Positions 29,349-39,796 of a stretch of DNA of 64,000 nucleotides are shown here, piece after piece (positions within the stretch are counted from its first letter, which is position 1; each line of letters begins with the position of its first letter). The stretch is from IMG/VR virus record IMGVR_UViG_3300045747_000063, positions 12,449 through 76,448 of that record; one strand, given 5' to 3'. The position numbers and the translations under genes were made by a program. Source of the stretch: a virus (lineage: Duplodnaviria > Heunggongvirae > Uroviricota > Caudoviricetes). The notes beneath the pieces are model-generated. The model was given only the letters and a program-made list of their open reading frames with translations, did no database searches and was not told the DNA's origin.

Positions 29349-31879
29349 TGTCAGAATTTTATACTTATGTCGGAGTTCTTGGAAACAAGATTCTCTATCG
29401 TGGCTACCGTGATGGAAAACCTGTAATGGGGAAGGTCGATTACAAACCGACCCTTTACACACCATCGAAGAAAAACTCACCAGTTCTCAAAGGTCGTCAA
29501 TATGAAGACCAATGGACTTCGTTGTACGATGAACTGCCACTTGAACCAATCAAGTTCGCTGACATCAAAGAAGCAAAAGATTTCGTCAAGCAGTACAAAG
29601 ATGTTTCTGGTTTCCAAGTCCACGGAATGGACAAATATAACTACCAGTTCATCAACGAACACTTCAAGGGTGATATCGAATATGACGTGAGCATGTGTAA
29701 CATCATGACGTTCGACATTGAAGTGATTACGCCGGATGGTTCATTCCCAGATATCCAAGCAGCGACAGCACCAATCGTGCTTATCTCGCTGTACAGCACC
29801 AAGACCGAAAAGACTCTTGTGCTTGGTATCAAGTCGTATGTGCCAACACCGGATGATAGCTTCGAGTACATGCTGTTCAGCACCGAACGCGAAATGCTCT
29901 TGTACTTCATCCATTACATCAGCACAACAAACCCAGACATTTGGACAGGCTGGAACACAGAAACATTCGATATTCCATACATGGTAAATCGTATCTCTCG
30001 CGTGCTGGATTCTGACCACGTTAAGAAGCTGTCGCCGTTCGGTTACATTCGTGAAAAGAACGTAATCATCCAAGGTCGTGAGATTCAAACCTTCGAATTG
30101 TATGGTGTGGTTAGCTTGGACTATCTGGAACTCTACCAGACGCTTCCACAGCCTCGCCAAGGCCCGTTTGACATGGGATATGTAGCACAGCAAGAAAAGC
30201 TGACTGCGCAGAAGCTAGACCTGCCTGGTGAGTCATTCAAGGACAACTACGACAATTACTTCCAGACATTCGTTCAATACTCGGCGGTTGACTCCATCGT
30301 GATTAAAGAACTGGATGAAAAGCTGAAACTGATTGACATCGTGTTCTCGCTTGCATACCTGTATCGTTGCAACCTTGCAGACACATTCCGTACCGTGTTG
30401 CCGTGGGAAATCTTCATTTTCAACTACCTTGCAGAACGCAAGATAGCCGTTCCACCACGTAAGCAAAACTTGGATGCCGGATTCGAAGGTGCATGGGTTA
30501 AGGAACCAAGACCTGGTATGTATGGTTGGGTTATGTCATTCGACTTTGCTGGTCTGTATCCACACGTTGCAATTCAGTGGAACATTTCACCAGACACATT
30601 GATTCAGGACTACGAGCCATTGACGGTTAACGACTTCCTGAATAAGACACCAGCAGCACGTGATGCGCAGGCATACGCTTTAGCGAATAATCTGACTTTA
30701 GCTGCTAACGGAACTATGTACCGCAAAGACAAGCTTGGCTTCTTGGCCGACTTGATGCGTATGACGATTGACGGACGTAAGGATGTCAAGAAGCTGATGT
30801 TGAAGAAGGAACAGGAATATCAGGACACACACGATGACGCATTGCAGAACATTATCTCTGCATTGAACAACCGTCAGATTGCGTTCAAGATTGCTGGTAA
30901 CTCTGGATACGGTGCGTTGGGTAACAAGGGCTTCCTGTACTTCGATTCGCGTGTTGCAGAAGCGATTACGTTGACCGGACAATTCTCAGACCGTCACTTG
31001 GTTGATGCGTTCAATTTGAAGTTGAACGAAATCATGAAGACCGGAACCATCGACTATGTAATCATGGGGGATACAGACTCGGTGTACGTTAACTGCCAAC
31101 CAATCGTTGATAAGTTCTGTGCTGGTTTCAGCGAAGAACAAATCGTTACCTTCTTGGATAAGTTTGGCGCGACTGTGTTGCAAAAGGTTGTGCAAGAATC
31201 CATTGACGAAATCTACGAGTCATCGAACGGCTACCGCAAGGTGATGAACAGCAAACGTGAAGCGATTGCATCTAAGACTCTCGTGCGTAAGAAGAAAAAC
31301 TACGCGATGAAAGTGCACAATTCGGAAGGTGTTACATACAACCCACCGAAGATGAAAGTGCTTGGTTTGGAAATCGTTCGTTCAACAACACCTCAATGGT
31401 GTCGCAAGAAGTTGAAGGAATGTTTGCAGATGATGTTTGATAAACCGGAACTTGAACTTCGTGCGTATTATGCTAAACTGTATGCTGAGTTCTGCACCCT
31501 GACCGTCGAAGAAATCGCAACACCAAAAGGTATTTCTGATATCGACAAGTGGATGGGTTCAAACGGTTTGTACATCAAAGGTGTTCCAATGCATGTGCGT
31601 GGTTCAATTCTATACAACTACCACACAAAACCATTTGAGAAATTCCCTGCGTTGGCAAATGGCGATAAGATAAAATATGTCTATCTCAAAAAGCCAAATC
31701 CTATTAACGAGAATGTGATTTCATTCGGTAAGAAATTGCCAGTGGAACTTGGATTGCACAAGTACATCGACTATGAAGTTCAGTTCGAGAAAGCGTTCAA
31801 AGAACCATTGAAGTCTCTGACAGATGCAGCCGGATGGAACTTGGAAGATGTATCAACATTGGATGACTTCTTCGAATGA
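29348..31879 (+). CDS. 43: family B DNA polymerase (T4 gp43-like)
   Basis: Exo I FDIE, pol motifs DFAGLYP, YGDTDS-like MGDTDSVYV, KKKNY. Confidence 0.95.
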   Translation: MSEFYTYVGVLGNKILYRGYRDGKPVMGKVDYKPTLYTPSKKNSPVLKGRQYEDQWTSLYDELPLEPIKFADIKEAKDFVKQYKDVSGFQVHGMDKYNYQFINEHFKGDIEYDVSMCNIMTFDIEVITPDGSFPDIQAATAPIVLISLYSTKTEKTLVLGIKSYVPTPDDSFEYMLFSTEREMLLYFIHYISTTNPDIWTGWNTETFDIPYMVNRISRVLDSDHVKKLSPFGYIREKNVIIQGREIQTFELYGVVSLDYLELYQTLPQPRQGPFDMGYVAQQEKLTAQKLDLPGESFKDNYDNYFQTFVQYSAVDSIVIKELDEKLKLIDIVFSLAYLYRCNLADTFRTVLPWEIFIFNYLAERKIAVPPRKQNLDAGFEGAWVKEPRPGMYGWVMSFDFAGLYPHVAIQWNISPDTLIQDYEPLTVNDFLNKTPAARDAQAYALANNLTLAANGTMYRKDKLGFLADLMRMTIDGRKDVKKLMLKKEQEYQDTHDDALQNIISALNNRQIAFKIAGNSGYGALGNKGFLYFDSRVAEAITLTGQFSDRHLVDAFNLKLNEIMKTGTIDYVIMGDTDSVYVNCQPIVDKFCAGFSEEQIVTFLDKFGATVLQKVVQESIDEIYESSNGYRKVMNSKREAIASKTLVRKKKNYAMKVHNSEGVTYNPPKMKVLGLEIVRSTTPQWCRKKLKECLQMMFDKPELELRAYYAKLYAEFCTLTVEEIATPKGISDIDKWMGSNGLYIKGVPMHVRGSILYNYHTKPFEKFPALANGDKIKYVYLKKPNPINENVISFGKKLPVELGLHKYIDYEVQFEKAFKEPLKSLTDAAGWNLEDVSTLDDFFE

Positions 31880-32241
31880 GAGTAATCATCGCTGGAAGTA
31901 GAGGAATCACAGATTACGAAATTGTTCTAAGAGCAATTTACGAGTCTGGTTTCCAACACAGCACCGTGATATCTGGTGGTGCAATTGGGGTTGATAAGCT
32001 TGCTGAGAAGTGGGCCAAGTCTACAAACAGAAACCTCGAAGTCTTCCATGCAAATTGGGCGCTGTATAAACAAGCAGCAGGCACAATAAGAAATCGTCAG
32101 ATGGCAGAACATGCTGATGCACTAATCGCAGTTTGGGATGGTGTGTCGCCCGGTACTGCCAACATGATTGATGAGGCTAGAAAACGTGGCCTCAAGGTGT
32201 ACGTTCATTCCATTGGTGGTTTGGACGATTTTATGAAATGA
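31876..32241 (+). CDS. SLOG/DUF2493 (YspA-like) Rossmann protein
   Basis: VIIAGSRG..., ISGGAIGVD, AVWDG.SPGT pattern typical of DprA/LOG-like SLOG domains. Confidence 0.5.
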   Translation: MRVIIAGSRGITDYEIVLRAIYESGFQHSTVISGGAIGVDKLAEKWAKSTNRNLEVFHANWALYKQAAGTIRNRQMAEHADALIAVWDGVSPGTANMIDEARKRGLKVYVHSIGGLDDFMK

Positions 32242-32256
32242 AAAAGGTGAAATATT

Positions 32257-32799
32257 ATGCATCCTTCGATAATGACGTTTAGCGGCGGTCGATTCAATTT
32301 TCTTGAACCGAGAGCCAAAGATGTTCAAATTTTAGATGTGGTACATGCTTTGTCGAATGTATGTCGATTCGGTGGACATTGCAATCAGTTCTATTCCGTA
32401 GCACAACACGCTGTATTGGTAAGTTATCTGGTTGAACCTGAGTTCGCGTGGCAAGCGTTGCATCACGACGACTGCGAAGCCTACACTGGCGACATTCCAA
32501 CTCCATTGAAGCAACTCATACCAGACTACAAGGTAATCGAACATAACTGCGAACAAGCAATCTGGGCCAAGTACGGCTTGCCAGAAGTCCTATCGCCAGC
32601 CGTGAAGGTAGCAGACTTGCAAGCATTGTGGTTAGAGCGTGAAGTATTGCTCCCAGACGAGCCAGGAATCATCTGGTCGTGTTTCGATGGCATTCCACGT
32701 CCACTACCACAAGTCGTAGTTCCACTGCTTCCAATACCGGCTCGTAAGCTGTTCATGAACCGTTACTTCGAACTATTGGAGATTCGCAATGCAAGCTAG
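32257..32799 (+). CDS. HD-domain phosphohydrolase
   Basis: H..(QH).....HHDD.E..TGD motif arrangement of HD superfamily. Confidence 0.6.
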   Translation: MHPSIMTFSGGRFNFLEPRAKDVQILDVVHALSNVCRFGGHCNQFYSVAQHAVLVSYLVEPEFAWQALHHDDCEAYTGDIPTPLKQLIPDYKVIEHNCEQAIWAKYGLPEVLSPAVKVADLQALWLEREVLLPDEPGIIWSCFDGIPRPLPQVVVPLLPIPARKLFMNRYFELLEIRNAS

Positions 32800-33274
32800 A
32801 GTTTTGGCAATGTCCGACATTCTTGAGTTCTGCCAGAGACGTTCTGGTAGAACAACTGAAATCGTGAACATATGTATAGACCATCTGCAAGTTGGTGAAA
32901 AGATGCTTGTTGTTGTAGCTCATAACATGAGCATTTGCAACTACATTGCAACTGAAATTCGAATGCAACATCCACTAGTAACAGTTAGCGGATATATGAC
33001 ATTTGAATTATACGGAAACAGAGGTATGGTAAAGATTGTCACGCCGGATAAGCTGGAAAATCTAATGCGCGGGGCAACGTTCAAGGATATTCTGTTTGAC
33101 ACACCGGAAGTGGATTTGTTCACCTCTAAGTTCATTGGTGAATACGTCATGCATCAGGAACGTCTGTATTCAAATAATCCGATGTTCAATTTCTCAGTTC
33201 CTCCAATGGGGATATCTGGTGCACCAACATTTTCTATGTCACCCGGTAGTTTATACGTGAATGTTGGCCCATAA
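32789..33274 (+). CDS. hypothetical protein
   Basis: 161 aa ORF overlapping HD gene stop. Confidence 0.35.
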   Translation: MQARVLAMSDILEFCQRRSGRTTEIVNICIDHLQVGEKMLVVVAHNMSICNYIATEIRMQHPLVTVSGYMTFELYGNRGMVKIVTPDKLENLMRGATFKDILFDTPEVDLFTSKFIGEYVMHQERLYSNNPMFNFSVPPMGISGAPTFSMSPGSLYVNVGP

Positions 33275-33352
33275 ATAGACTGCTGAACACGATAGTAGTG
33301 TTTAGCGATGGAGACACCATCTTTCAATCAACAGTTAACTAAGGAGCATTAA

Positions 33353-34369
33353 ATGGCATCACTTCTCGACACCCTAAAAGAAATAGGTTCAATCAAATCC
33401 GAAGTAATCTCTCAGTCTGGATTCTTCAAACAAAAAGACGCAGTACAAACCTCAGTTCCAATTATCAACGCAGCTTTCACTGGCACACTCGACGGTGGCT
33501 TGGTCTGTGGTTCTACAATCATCGCTGGCCCATCCAAGCACTTCAAAACTCTTCTAGCTCTCTTCATGGTACAAGCGTACATGGAAAAGCACAAAGATGC
33601 GATTTGCATTTTCTATGACTCTGAATTCGGCGTAACTCCTGAATACTTGGCAGCACAGAAAATCGACGGTAGCCGCGTATTGCACATTCCTATTCTCCAC
33701 ATTGAACAATTGAAGTTCGATATCATGAAGAAGCTGGAAGCAATCAAGAAGGGCAACAAAGTAATCATCTTCATCGACTCGCTCGGCAACTTGGCATCCA
33801 AGAAGGAAATCGAAGACACGATGGATGAAAAGTCTGTAGCCGACATGACCCGCGCAAAGCAATTGAAATCGTTGTTCCGTATGGTTACACCTCACTTGCC
33901 AATCAAGGACATTCCTTTGATTGCCATCCAACACACATACGACACCCAAGAAATGTTCAGTAAAACAGTGGTTTCCGGTGGTACAGGCCAATACTACTCT
34001 GCAAACAACGTGTTCATCATTGGTCGTGCAATGGAAAAAGATGGAACCGATTTGACTGGCTACAAGTTCACCATTAACATTGACAAGTCACGTTTCGTGA
34101 AGGAAAAGAGCAAGATGGCGTTCTCCGTGTCGTTCGACGGGGGCATCAACAAATTCTCTGGACTTCTTGAACTCGCATTGGAATCCGGTCATGTAACCAA
34201 GCCTTCAAATGGTTGGTATCAGAAGCGCGGTGAAGAAGCGAAATTCCGTGAAGCCGACACAAACAACTTGAAGTTCTTTGGTAGCATCATTTCCGATAAG
34301 GAATTTGGTGAATTCGTTCGCAACAAATATCAACTTGCAGTGGGCAATTTGGTAAGCACCGAGGTTTAA
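33353..34369 (+). CDS. uvsX: UvsX recombinase (RecA-like)
   Basis: long collinear similarity to T4 UvsX (AGPSKHFKT, FYDSEFGVTPEYL, FIDSLGNLASKKE, MTRAKQLKSLFR). Confidence 0.92.
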   Translation: MASLLDTLKEIGSIKSEVISQSGFFKQKDAVQTSVPIINAAFTGTLDGGLVCGSTIIAGPSKHFKTLLALFMVQAYMEKHKDAICIFYDSEFGVTPEYLAAQKIDGSRVLHIPILHIEQLKFDIMKKLEAIKKGNKVIIFIDSLGNLASKKEIEDTMDEKSVADMTRAKQLKSLFRMVTPHLPIKDIPLIAIQHTYDTQEMFSKTVVSGGTGQYYSANNVFIIGRAMEKDGTDLTGYKFTINIDKSRFVKEKSKMAFSVSFDGGINKFSGLLELALESGHVTKPSNGWYQKRGEEAKFREADTNNLKFFGSIISDKEFGEFVRNKYQLAVGNLVSTEV

Positions 34370-34372
34370 ATT

Positions 34373-34663
34373 ATGTTCAAAGTATTGCCTGAGACAAACG
34401 CATCTGGATTTCATTTAGTCGAATTGACGGATGGAGAATTCAAAGGTATTGTGTATTCGTATTCGAAGGTTTCCTTCAAGGAAAATAAAGCACGAGACCA
34501 ACTCGTGTGGAAATTCGAATACGACCTTGCCGTGGGTGAAGTTCCTTTCACAAAGAAGGAAGCATTCAAAAAAGTCCTCGGCGACAATCTCATGGCAATA
34601 CTTGAACAACAACTGGATGAAGGTACTGCCGTGTACCACGGTGGCACAAATAGATTAGAGTGA
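34373..34663 (+). CDS. hypothetical protein
   Basis: 96 aa ORF. Confidence 0.35.
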   Translation: MFKVLPETNASGFHLVELTDGEFKGIVYSYSKVSFKENKARDQLVWKFEYDLAVGEVPFTKKEAFKKVLGDNLMAILEQQLDEGTAVYHGGTNRLE

Positions 34664-36069
34664 TTATGGAAAATGTGGAAAGTATCATCCTTGAAAATCT
34701 GGTTACAAATGAAGAGTACATTCGACATGTGCTTCCTCACCTGAAACCAGAATATTTCAACAACAGAGTAGAACAAACAATATTCAATTTCATTTCGGCA
34801 TTCTTTCAAAAGCATAACAAGCAACCGACTCAGCGCATCTTGCACTTGATGTCGAAAGAATATCCGAAATTCAAACAAGAAGAATTCGAAGAAGCACAAA
34901 CACTAATCGGTGGGTTCAACCTCGAAAAGGAAGACAATATCGGTTGGCTCAACGAGCGTACAGAACAATTCTGTAAAGACCGTGCGGTGTATCTCGCCCT
35001 TCAAAAAGCAATCAACATTGCCGATGATATCGACGTTACATTTTCGAAGGACGCAATCCCTTCAATTCTGCAAGAGGCACTTTCAGTTTGCTTCGACAAA
35101 AATGTTGGTCACGATTATCTTGACGACTATGAACATCGTTGGGACTTCTACCACTTGAAGGAAAAGAAGGTTCCATTCTCTTTGGAAATCTTCAACAAGA
35201 TTACAAACGGTGGTATGTCATCCAAGACGTTGAACGTTCTGGTTATGCAGACCAATGCGGGTAAATCGTTGTTCATGTGTGACCAAGCTGCATACGCAAT
35301 CAAGAGCGGCAAGAAGGCGTTGTACATCACGCTTGAAATGGCAGAAGAACGCATCGCTGAACGTATCGACTGTAACTTGTTGGGTGTAACAATGCCCGAA
35401 CTGAAACGCATGAACAAACCAGAGTTCACTTCCAAGTTGAAAGACTTGAAGGCTGCTTACGCTGGTAATCTGGTCATCAAGGAATACCCAACAACTGGTG
35501 CACACGTTGGTCACTTCCAAGCGTTGCTAGACGAACTGCGCATGAAGAAGAACTTCATTCCAGACGTTATTTACATCGACTACATCAACATCTGCGCGTC
35601 ACAACGTATGAAGGTTGGTGGTAACTCGAACATGTACGAGCGTGTTAAATCAATCGTGGAAGAAATGCGCGGCTTCGCTGTGTACAACGACATTCCTATT
35701 TTGACTGCAACACAATCAAAAGCTTCGTCGTGGTCTAGTTCCGATATGGAAATGGGCGATGCATCTGAATCCAGTGGTACAGCAATGACTGCTGACTTGA
35801 TTCTTGGTGGTATGCGTACAGAAGAATTGGATGCACAGGGCTTGGTATTATGGAAGCACTTGAAGTCCCGTTACAATGACACGAACTACTACAAGAGATT
35901 TGTTACAGGAATTGACTTAGCGCACTTCCGATTCTATGATGTTGATGAATCAGAGCAGGCCAAGATTTCAGAACGAGGCCGAGGCGAAGAAGAAGCACCC
36001 GTAACCAATCGTACCAAGTTCACTTCTCAAACAAGTGGTGATGCGGTCAGAGAACTGGATTTCAATTAA
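34660..36069 (+). CDS. 41: replicative DnaB-like helicase (T4 gp41-like)
   Basis: Walker A MQTNAGKS, Walker B IYIDY, position before primase. Confidence 0.88.
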   Translation: MIMENVESIILENLVTNEEYIRHVLPHLKPEYFNNRVEQTIFNFISAFFQKHNKQPTQRILHLMSKEYPKFKQEEFEEAQTLIGGFNLEKEDNIGWLNERTEQFCKDRAVYLALQKAINIADDIDVTFSKDAIPSILQEALSVCFDKNVGHDYLDDYEHRWDFYHLKEKKVPFSLEIFNKITNGGMSSKTLNVLVMQTNAGKSLFMCDQAAYAIKSGKKALYITLEMAEERIAERIDCNLLGVTMPELKRMNKPEFTSKLKDLKAAYAGNLVIKEYPTTGAHVGHFQALLDELRMKKNFIPDVIYIDYINICASQRMKVGGNSNMYERVKSIVEEMRGFAVYNDIPILTATQSKASSWSSSDMEMGDASESSGTAMTADLILGGMRTEELDAQGLVLWKHLKSRYNDTNYYKRFVTGIDLAHFRFYDVDESEQAKISERGRGEEEAPVTNRTKFTSQTSGDAVRELDFN

Positions 36070-37089
36070 GTGAGCTTTCTAGAAGAAGAGTATCTCCGTA
36101 GAGTTTCGTACAAGCTGCGAAACTTTACGGCAAAGGGCAATCATACTTTCAATTTCAGTTGCCCAATCTGCGGCGACTCGAAAAAGAAACTGACGAAGGC
36201 ACGCGGCTATGCTTTCGACAAGAGTGGTTCGCTTATCACAATGTGCCACAACTGCGGACACAGCACTTCATTCCCAAATTTCTTGAAGACGATAGACCCA
36301 CTATTGTTCGAGGAATTTGTGATGGAGCGTTTCAAGGATAGAATGGGTGCAAGTTCTTACAAGGAACCGGAGCAAACATTCGACATGATGAAAGAGTTGA
36401 CTGTCAAAACGAAACAGCATTCAATCTTCACCAGCCTGACCGAACTGAAATATCTACCAGAAGAACATCCTGCGTTGAAGTATGCGCTAGGTCGTCACCT
36501 AAACGTTGATGAATGGGAACTCTATTACGCACCAAAGTTTTTCGATTGGGCGAAAATGACTACAGAAAAATTCGATGACGTGAAAGGTAAAGACCACGCT
36601 CGAATCATCATTCCATTCCGTGCGAAAAACGGTGAATATATAGGATACACGGCTCGAACGCTTGGAGACGAAACCCCAAAATACTACCGTGTTTTTCTAG
36701 ATGACGATGAAACGGAAGACCGCTTCTTTGGTCTGCACAAGCTGGATAACGATAAGCAAGTGTATGTGGTTGAAGGCGAGATTGACTCATTGTTCCTGCC
36801 AAACGCCGTAGCAGTATGTAACGGTAAGTTGAACAGTTACATGAACAAGAAAGCAATCTACATTCCTGACACAGACAAGCGCAATCCTCATATCGTGAAG
36901 TTCATTGAGAACATGCTGAATGCTGGTTTGAGAGTTTGTCTGCTGCCGGATAACCTACCCGGGAAAGACATTAACGATTTAGTTAAAGCAGGTTTGACCC
37001 AAGAAAAAATCGTTGATATTATAAATGCGAACGTATATCAAGGGTTAGCAGGCAAATTGAAGTTCAATAATTGGCGAGTAGTTAAATAA
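36070..37089 (+). CDS. 61: DNA primase (T4 gp61-like), GTG start
   Basis: zinc ribbon CPICGDSKKK...CHNCGH, TOPRIM-like EGEID..D. Confidence 0.8.
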   Translation: MSFLEEEYLRRVSYKLRNFTAKGNHTFNFSCPICGDSKKKLTKARGYAFDKSGSLITMCHNCGHSTSFPNFLKTIDPLLFEEFVMERFKDRMGASSYKEPEQTFDMMKELTVKTKQHSIFTSLTELKYLPEEHPALKYALGRHLNVDEWELYYAPKFFDWAKMTTEKFDDVKGKDHARIIIPFRAKNGEYIGYTARTLGDETPKYYRVFLDDDETEDRFFGLHKLDNDKQVYVVEGEIDSLFLPNAVAVCNGKLNSYMNKKAIYIPDTDKRNPHIVKFIENMLNAGLRVCLLPDNLPGKDINDLVKAGLTQEKIVDIINANVYQGLAGKLKFNNWRVVK

Positions 37090-37091
37090 CA

Positions 37092-37379
37092 ATGGAGAAA
37101 CAAATGCACACAGTAAAATTCAAATCAACAAGCTACGATGATGACAGAAAAACAGTTATCGCGGATACAGCCGCCTCATGGGAAGACCAATCTACAATGT
37201 TTTTGGCATTCCTCAAAGGCCAAGGATTTAAGGTAAGCGCCGGAAGCCTGGCTAATCATTATGGCGAGTTGGCAGATGAAGACCCAACTGTTGTATACGG
37301 AGATTTGATTGTCACCGGAGTAATTCGCGCTGGTGGTGATGTAGTTGCATTCGACCCAGAAGCGGAGGCAACAGAATGA
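37092..37379 (+). CDS. hypothetical protein
   Basis: 95 aa ORF. Confidence 0.35.
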   Translation: MEKQMHTVKFKSTSYDDDRKTVIADTAASWEDQSTMFLAFLKGQGFKVSAGSLANHYGELADEDPTVVYGDLIVTGVIRAGGDVVAFDPEAEATE

Positions 37380-38083
37380 AAATCGTTAAACCAACATTCG
37401 AAATTTTGGGCTACACCCCAAACATGACCAAGCTCATTGAGCGAGGTATTCGAACCGCTTACAAAAGCGAAGACAAGATAGGAGAAGGCAGTGATGTCGA
37501 AATCATCGAACGTATTAAGAATTTCAAGCACGAAAGCACTCTTGAGCATGGGAGTATTACTCTGCACTTTGTTACCGATAGAGGTGTTACTCACGAGTTG
37601 GTGCGACATCGCCTTGCATCCTTCACGCAAGAGTCTACTCGTTACTGCAATTATGGAAAAGGAAAGTTCGGCTCTGAAATTACAGTAATGGAACCGTTCT
37701 TCTTCATGGGAGAAACTGTAAACCAAAAATTGAATCTGGGTATGTGGGAAGCAGCTTGTTTGGTTGCAGAGACTCAATATCTGGCTATGTTGGGTGCTGG
37801 CGCAAAGCCACAAGAAGCACGCTCCGTACTTCCAAACAGCTTGAAGACAGAAATCGTCATGACCGCGAACCCGCGTGAATGGCGACATGTTATGAAGCTT
37901 CGTACCGCACGCGAGGCTCACCCACAGATTCGTCAAATCATGTGTCCACTGCTAGTTAGCTTCCGCGAAATGTGGCCTGTTCTTTTCAATGATGTTGGCG
38001 ACATTGAACATGAGTCACCAGCCACCGAAGTATTCGGCAGCTATGATGAAGCAGTGTTCGAGGAAGAAGAACTTCATGTGTAA
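37376..38083 (+). CDS. thyX: flavin-dependent thymidylate synthase ThyX
   Basis: ThyX signature RHRLASFTQES (RHR..S). Confidence 0.8.
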   Translation: MKIVKPTFEILGYTPNMTKLIERGIRTAYKSEDKIGEGSDVEIIERIKNFKHESTLEHGSITLHFVTDRGVTHELVRHRLASFTQESTRYCNYGKGKFGSEITVMEPFFFMGETVNQKLNLGMWEAACLVAETQYLAMLGAGAKPQEARSVLPNSLKTEIVMTANPREWRHVMKLRTAREAHPQIRQIMCPLLVSFREMWPVLFNDVGDIEHESPATEVFGSYDEAVFEEEELHV

Positions 38084-38297
38084 GTATGTTCTCAACACAA
38101 AAGAAAAATGCATCGTAAGCACCAAGGGAGAAATTATGCGCCCTTCGTGCATTGATGATGTAATCGCGCTGCACGCTTATTACCTTGGCTGCGGTGAAAA
38201 AGATGACGCACAACATCTACTAAGACGCGTGTTCAAAGGTGAAAAGGTCATCACTAAGATGATTCAGGGTATGCAGAACGAAGTGAAATCAAAATAA
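38076..38297 (+). CDS. hypothetical Cys-containing small protein
   Basis: 73 aa from ATG overlapping thyX stop. Confidence 0.3.
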   Translation: MCKYVLNTKEKCIVSTKGEIMRPSCIDDVIALHAYYLGCGEKDDAQHLLRRVFKGEKVITKMIQGMQNEVKSK

Positions 38298-38306
38298 GGA
38301 AATGAA

Positions 38307-38948
38307 ATGAAAACAGAAATTATTGCAATTATCGACAAGTCAACTTCAATGATGAATCTTGTTGCCGAAACCATCAAGGGCTTCAACTCATTCATCGACG
38401 GTCAGAAGGCGGTTGAAGGCGAGTGCAACGTCACCACAGTTTTGTTCAGTGGTCGTGAAGAAACAGCATACGAAGTTCTCTACACAGCATTGCCATTGGC
38501 ATCTGTTCCAGAAATGTCAACCGCTCAATATCGTTGTGGTGGCTGGACAGCAATGTTCGACGCAATCGGAACTTCCGTAGAAGCCGCTGGTCAACGTTTT
38601 GCATCCATGAGCGAAGCAGACCGTCCAACCAAAGTCATCGTACTTATCATCACCGATGGCGAAGAAAACAGCAGCCGCAAGTTCAACCAAGAACAAATCA
38701 AGGCAACCATCAAACATCAAGAAGACAAGTACGCATGGGAATTCATGTTCCTTGGTGCAAACATCGACACCGTTAAGGTTGGTTCGAACTTGGGTATGAA
38801 AATGTCCAACGTGTCCAACTACTCTGCTGACGCAATTGGAACGTCGATTGCATATGACGCATTCAGCACAAAGTCCGCTGGTCTTCGTCGTGGTATGACA
38901 GCGAACTCAATCAACTTAGCAAGCGTTGTTGCCAACGGCGGAAAGTAA
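38307..38948 (+). CDS. von Willebrand factor A (vWA) domain protein
   Basis: MIDAS DKSTSM at N-terminus, VLFSG, IITDGEEN. Confidence 0.55.
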   Translation: MKTEIIAIIDKSTSMMNLVAETIKGFNSFIDGQKAVEGECNVTTVLFSGREETAYEVLYTALPLASVPEMSTAQYRCGGWTAMFDAIGTSVEAAGQRFASMSEADRPTKVIVLIITDGEENSSRKFNQEQIKATIKHQEDKYAWEFMFLGANIDTVKVGSNLGMKMSNVSNYSADAIGTSIAYDAFSTKSAGLRRGMTANSINLASVVANGGK

Positions 38949-39250
38949 TGAACGTTTTATCAAATGTGAAGTGGTGGTTTAAACGCCAGAAGTTGGCGAT
39001 AAAGGTTGGCATAACGCATGGCCTTTATTACTACCACAGAGCAGCAACCAACATGCCTCAGTTGGTTGTTGAGGAACTTCGCAAACATCCAGCAGACCCA
39101 TCAATCTGGTCAATCGAATCTGAGGCAGTACGAGCGTGGAAACACAAGACCGCAATGATGATTCAACAAGAGCGTATCAAGATGGCAGAAGCTGGTCTTG
39201 ACTATGACAAAATAATGAAAGGAACCACAAATGACACAACAAACAAATAA
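38948..39250 (+). CDS. hypothetical protein
   Basis: 100 aa ORF. Confidence 0.3.
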   Translation: MNVLSNVKWWFKRQKLAIKVGITHGLYYYHRAATNMPQLVVEELRKHPADPSIWSIESEAVRAWKHKTAMMIQQERIKMAEAGLDYDKIMKGTTNDTTNK

Positions 39251-39596
39251 CATCGACTACGCAGACATGGTTGCAAAGCTGGCAAAGCCCGGTGAAGTAA
39301 TTCTTGCAACTCTGACACCAACCGATTGTCATATATGGCATATGGCTACAGGTATCTCCGGTGAAGCTGGCGAGTTGTTGGATGCAGCTAAGAAGGCTGT
39401 TATCTATCGCAAGCCATTGGACTTCGATAACGTCATTGAAGAACTCGGCGACTTGGAATTCTACATGGAAGGTCTGCGTCAGGCTTTGGATATCACACGC
39501 GAACAAACGCTTGATGCCAACAAAGCAAAGCTTGGCATCCGTTACCTGAATGGCTACTCTGACAAGGCTGCACAAGTACGTGCAGACAAGCAATGA
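39231..39596 (+). CDS. mazG: MazG-like nucleoside triphosphate pyrophosphohydrolase
   Basis: EAGELLD...K and EELGDLEFY MazG EExxE/D motifs. Confidence 0.7.
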   Translation: MTQQTNNIDYADMVAKLAKPGEVILATLTPTDCHIWHMATGISGEAGELLDAAKKAVIYRKPLDFDNVIEELGDLEFYMEGLRQALDITREQTLDANKAKLGIRYLNGYSDKAAQVRADKQ

Positions 39597-39796
39597 CCTC
39601 CACAGTTAAAGTAACTGCGCATCCAGCCGAAGGGCTGGTTGTTGAAGTAAAGGGTGAAGGGATAAGTGTAATTCTGAAAAATGAAGAAGAAGCTACCTTT
39701 CACGTCTACCCTGGTCATGGATTGCAAGTCAGCGAAATTACATCGAAGTAAACCAAACGATATATAGAACACCGATAACAAAAATAGAAGGTTAAG

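Noticed and set aside
33353-36069. Possible intron or intein interruptions in uvsX, gene 41, nrdA, nrdB, thyX and gene 43, as occur in T4 td/nrdB/nrdD
   Set aside because: All these ORFs are continuous and of normal length with motifs in the expected order. No interruption seen.
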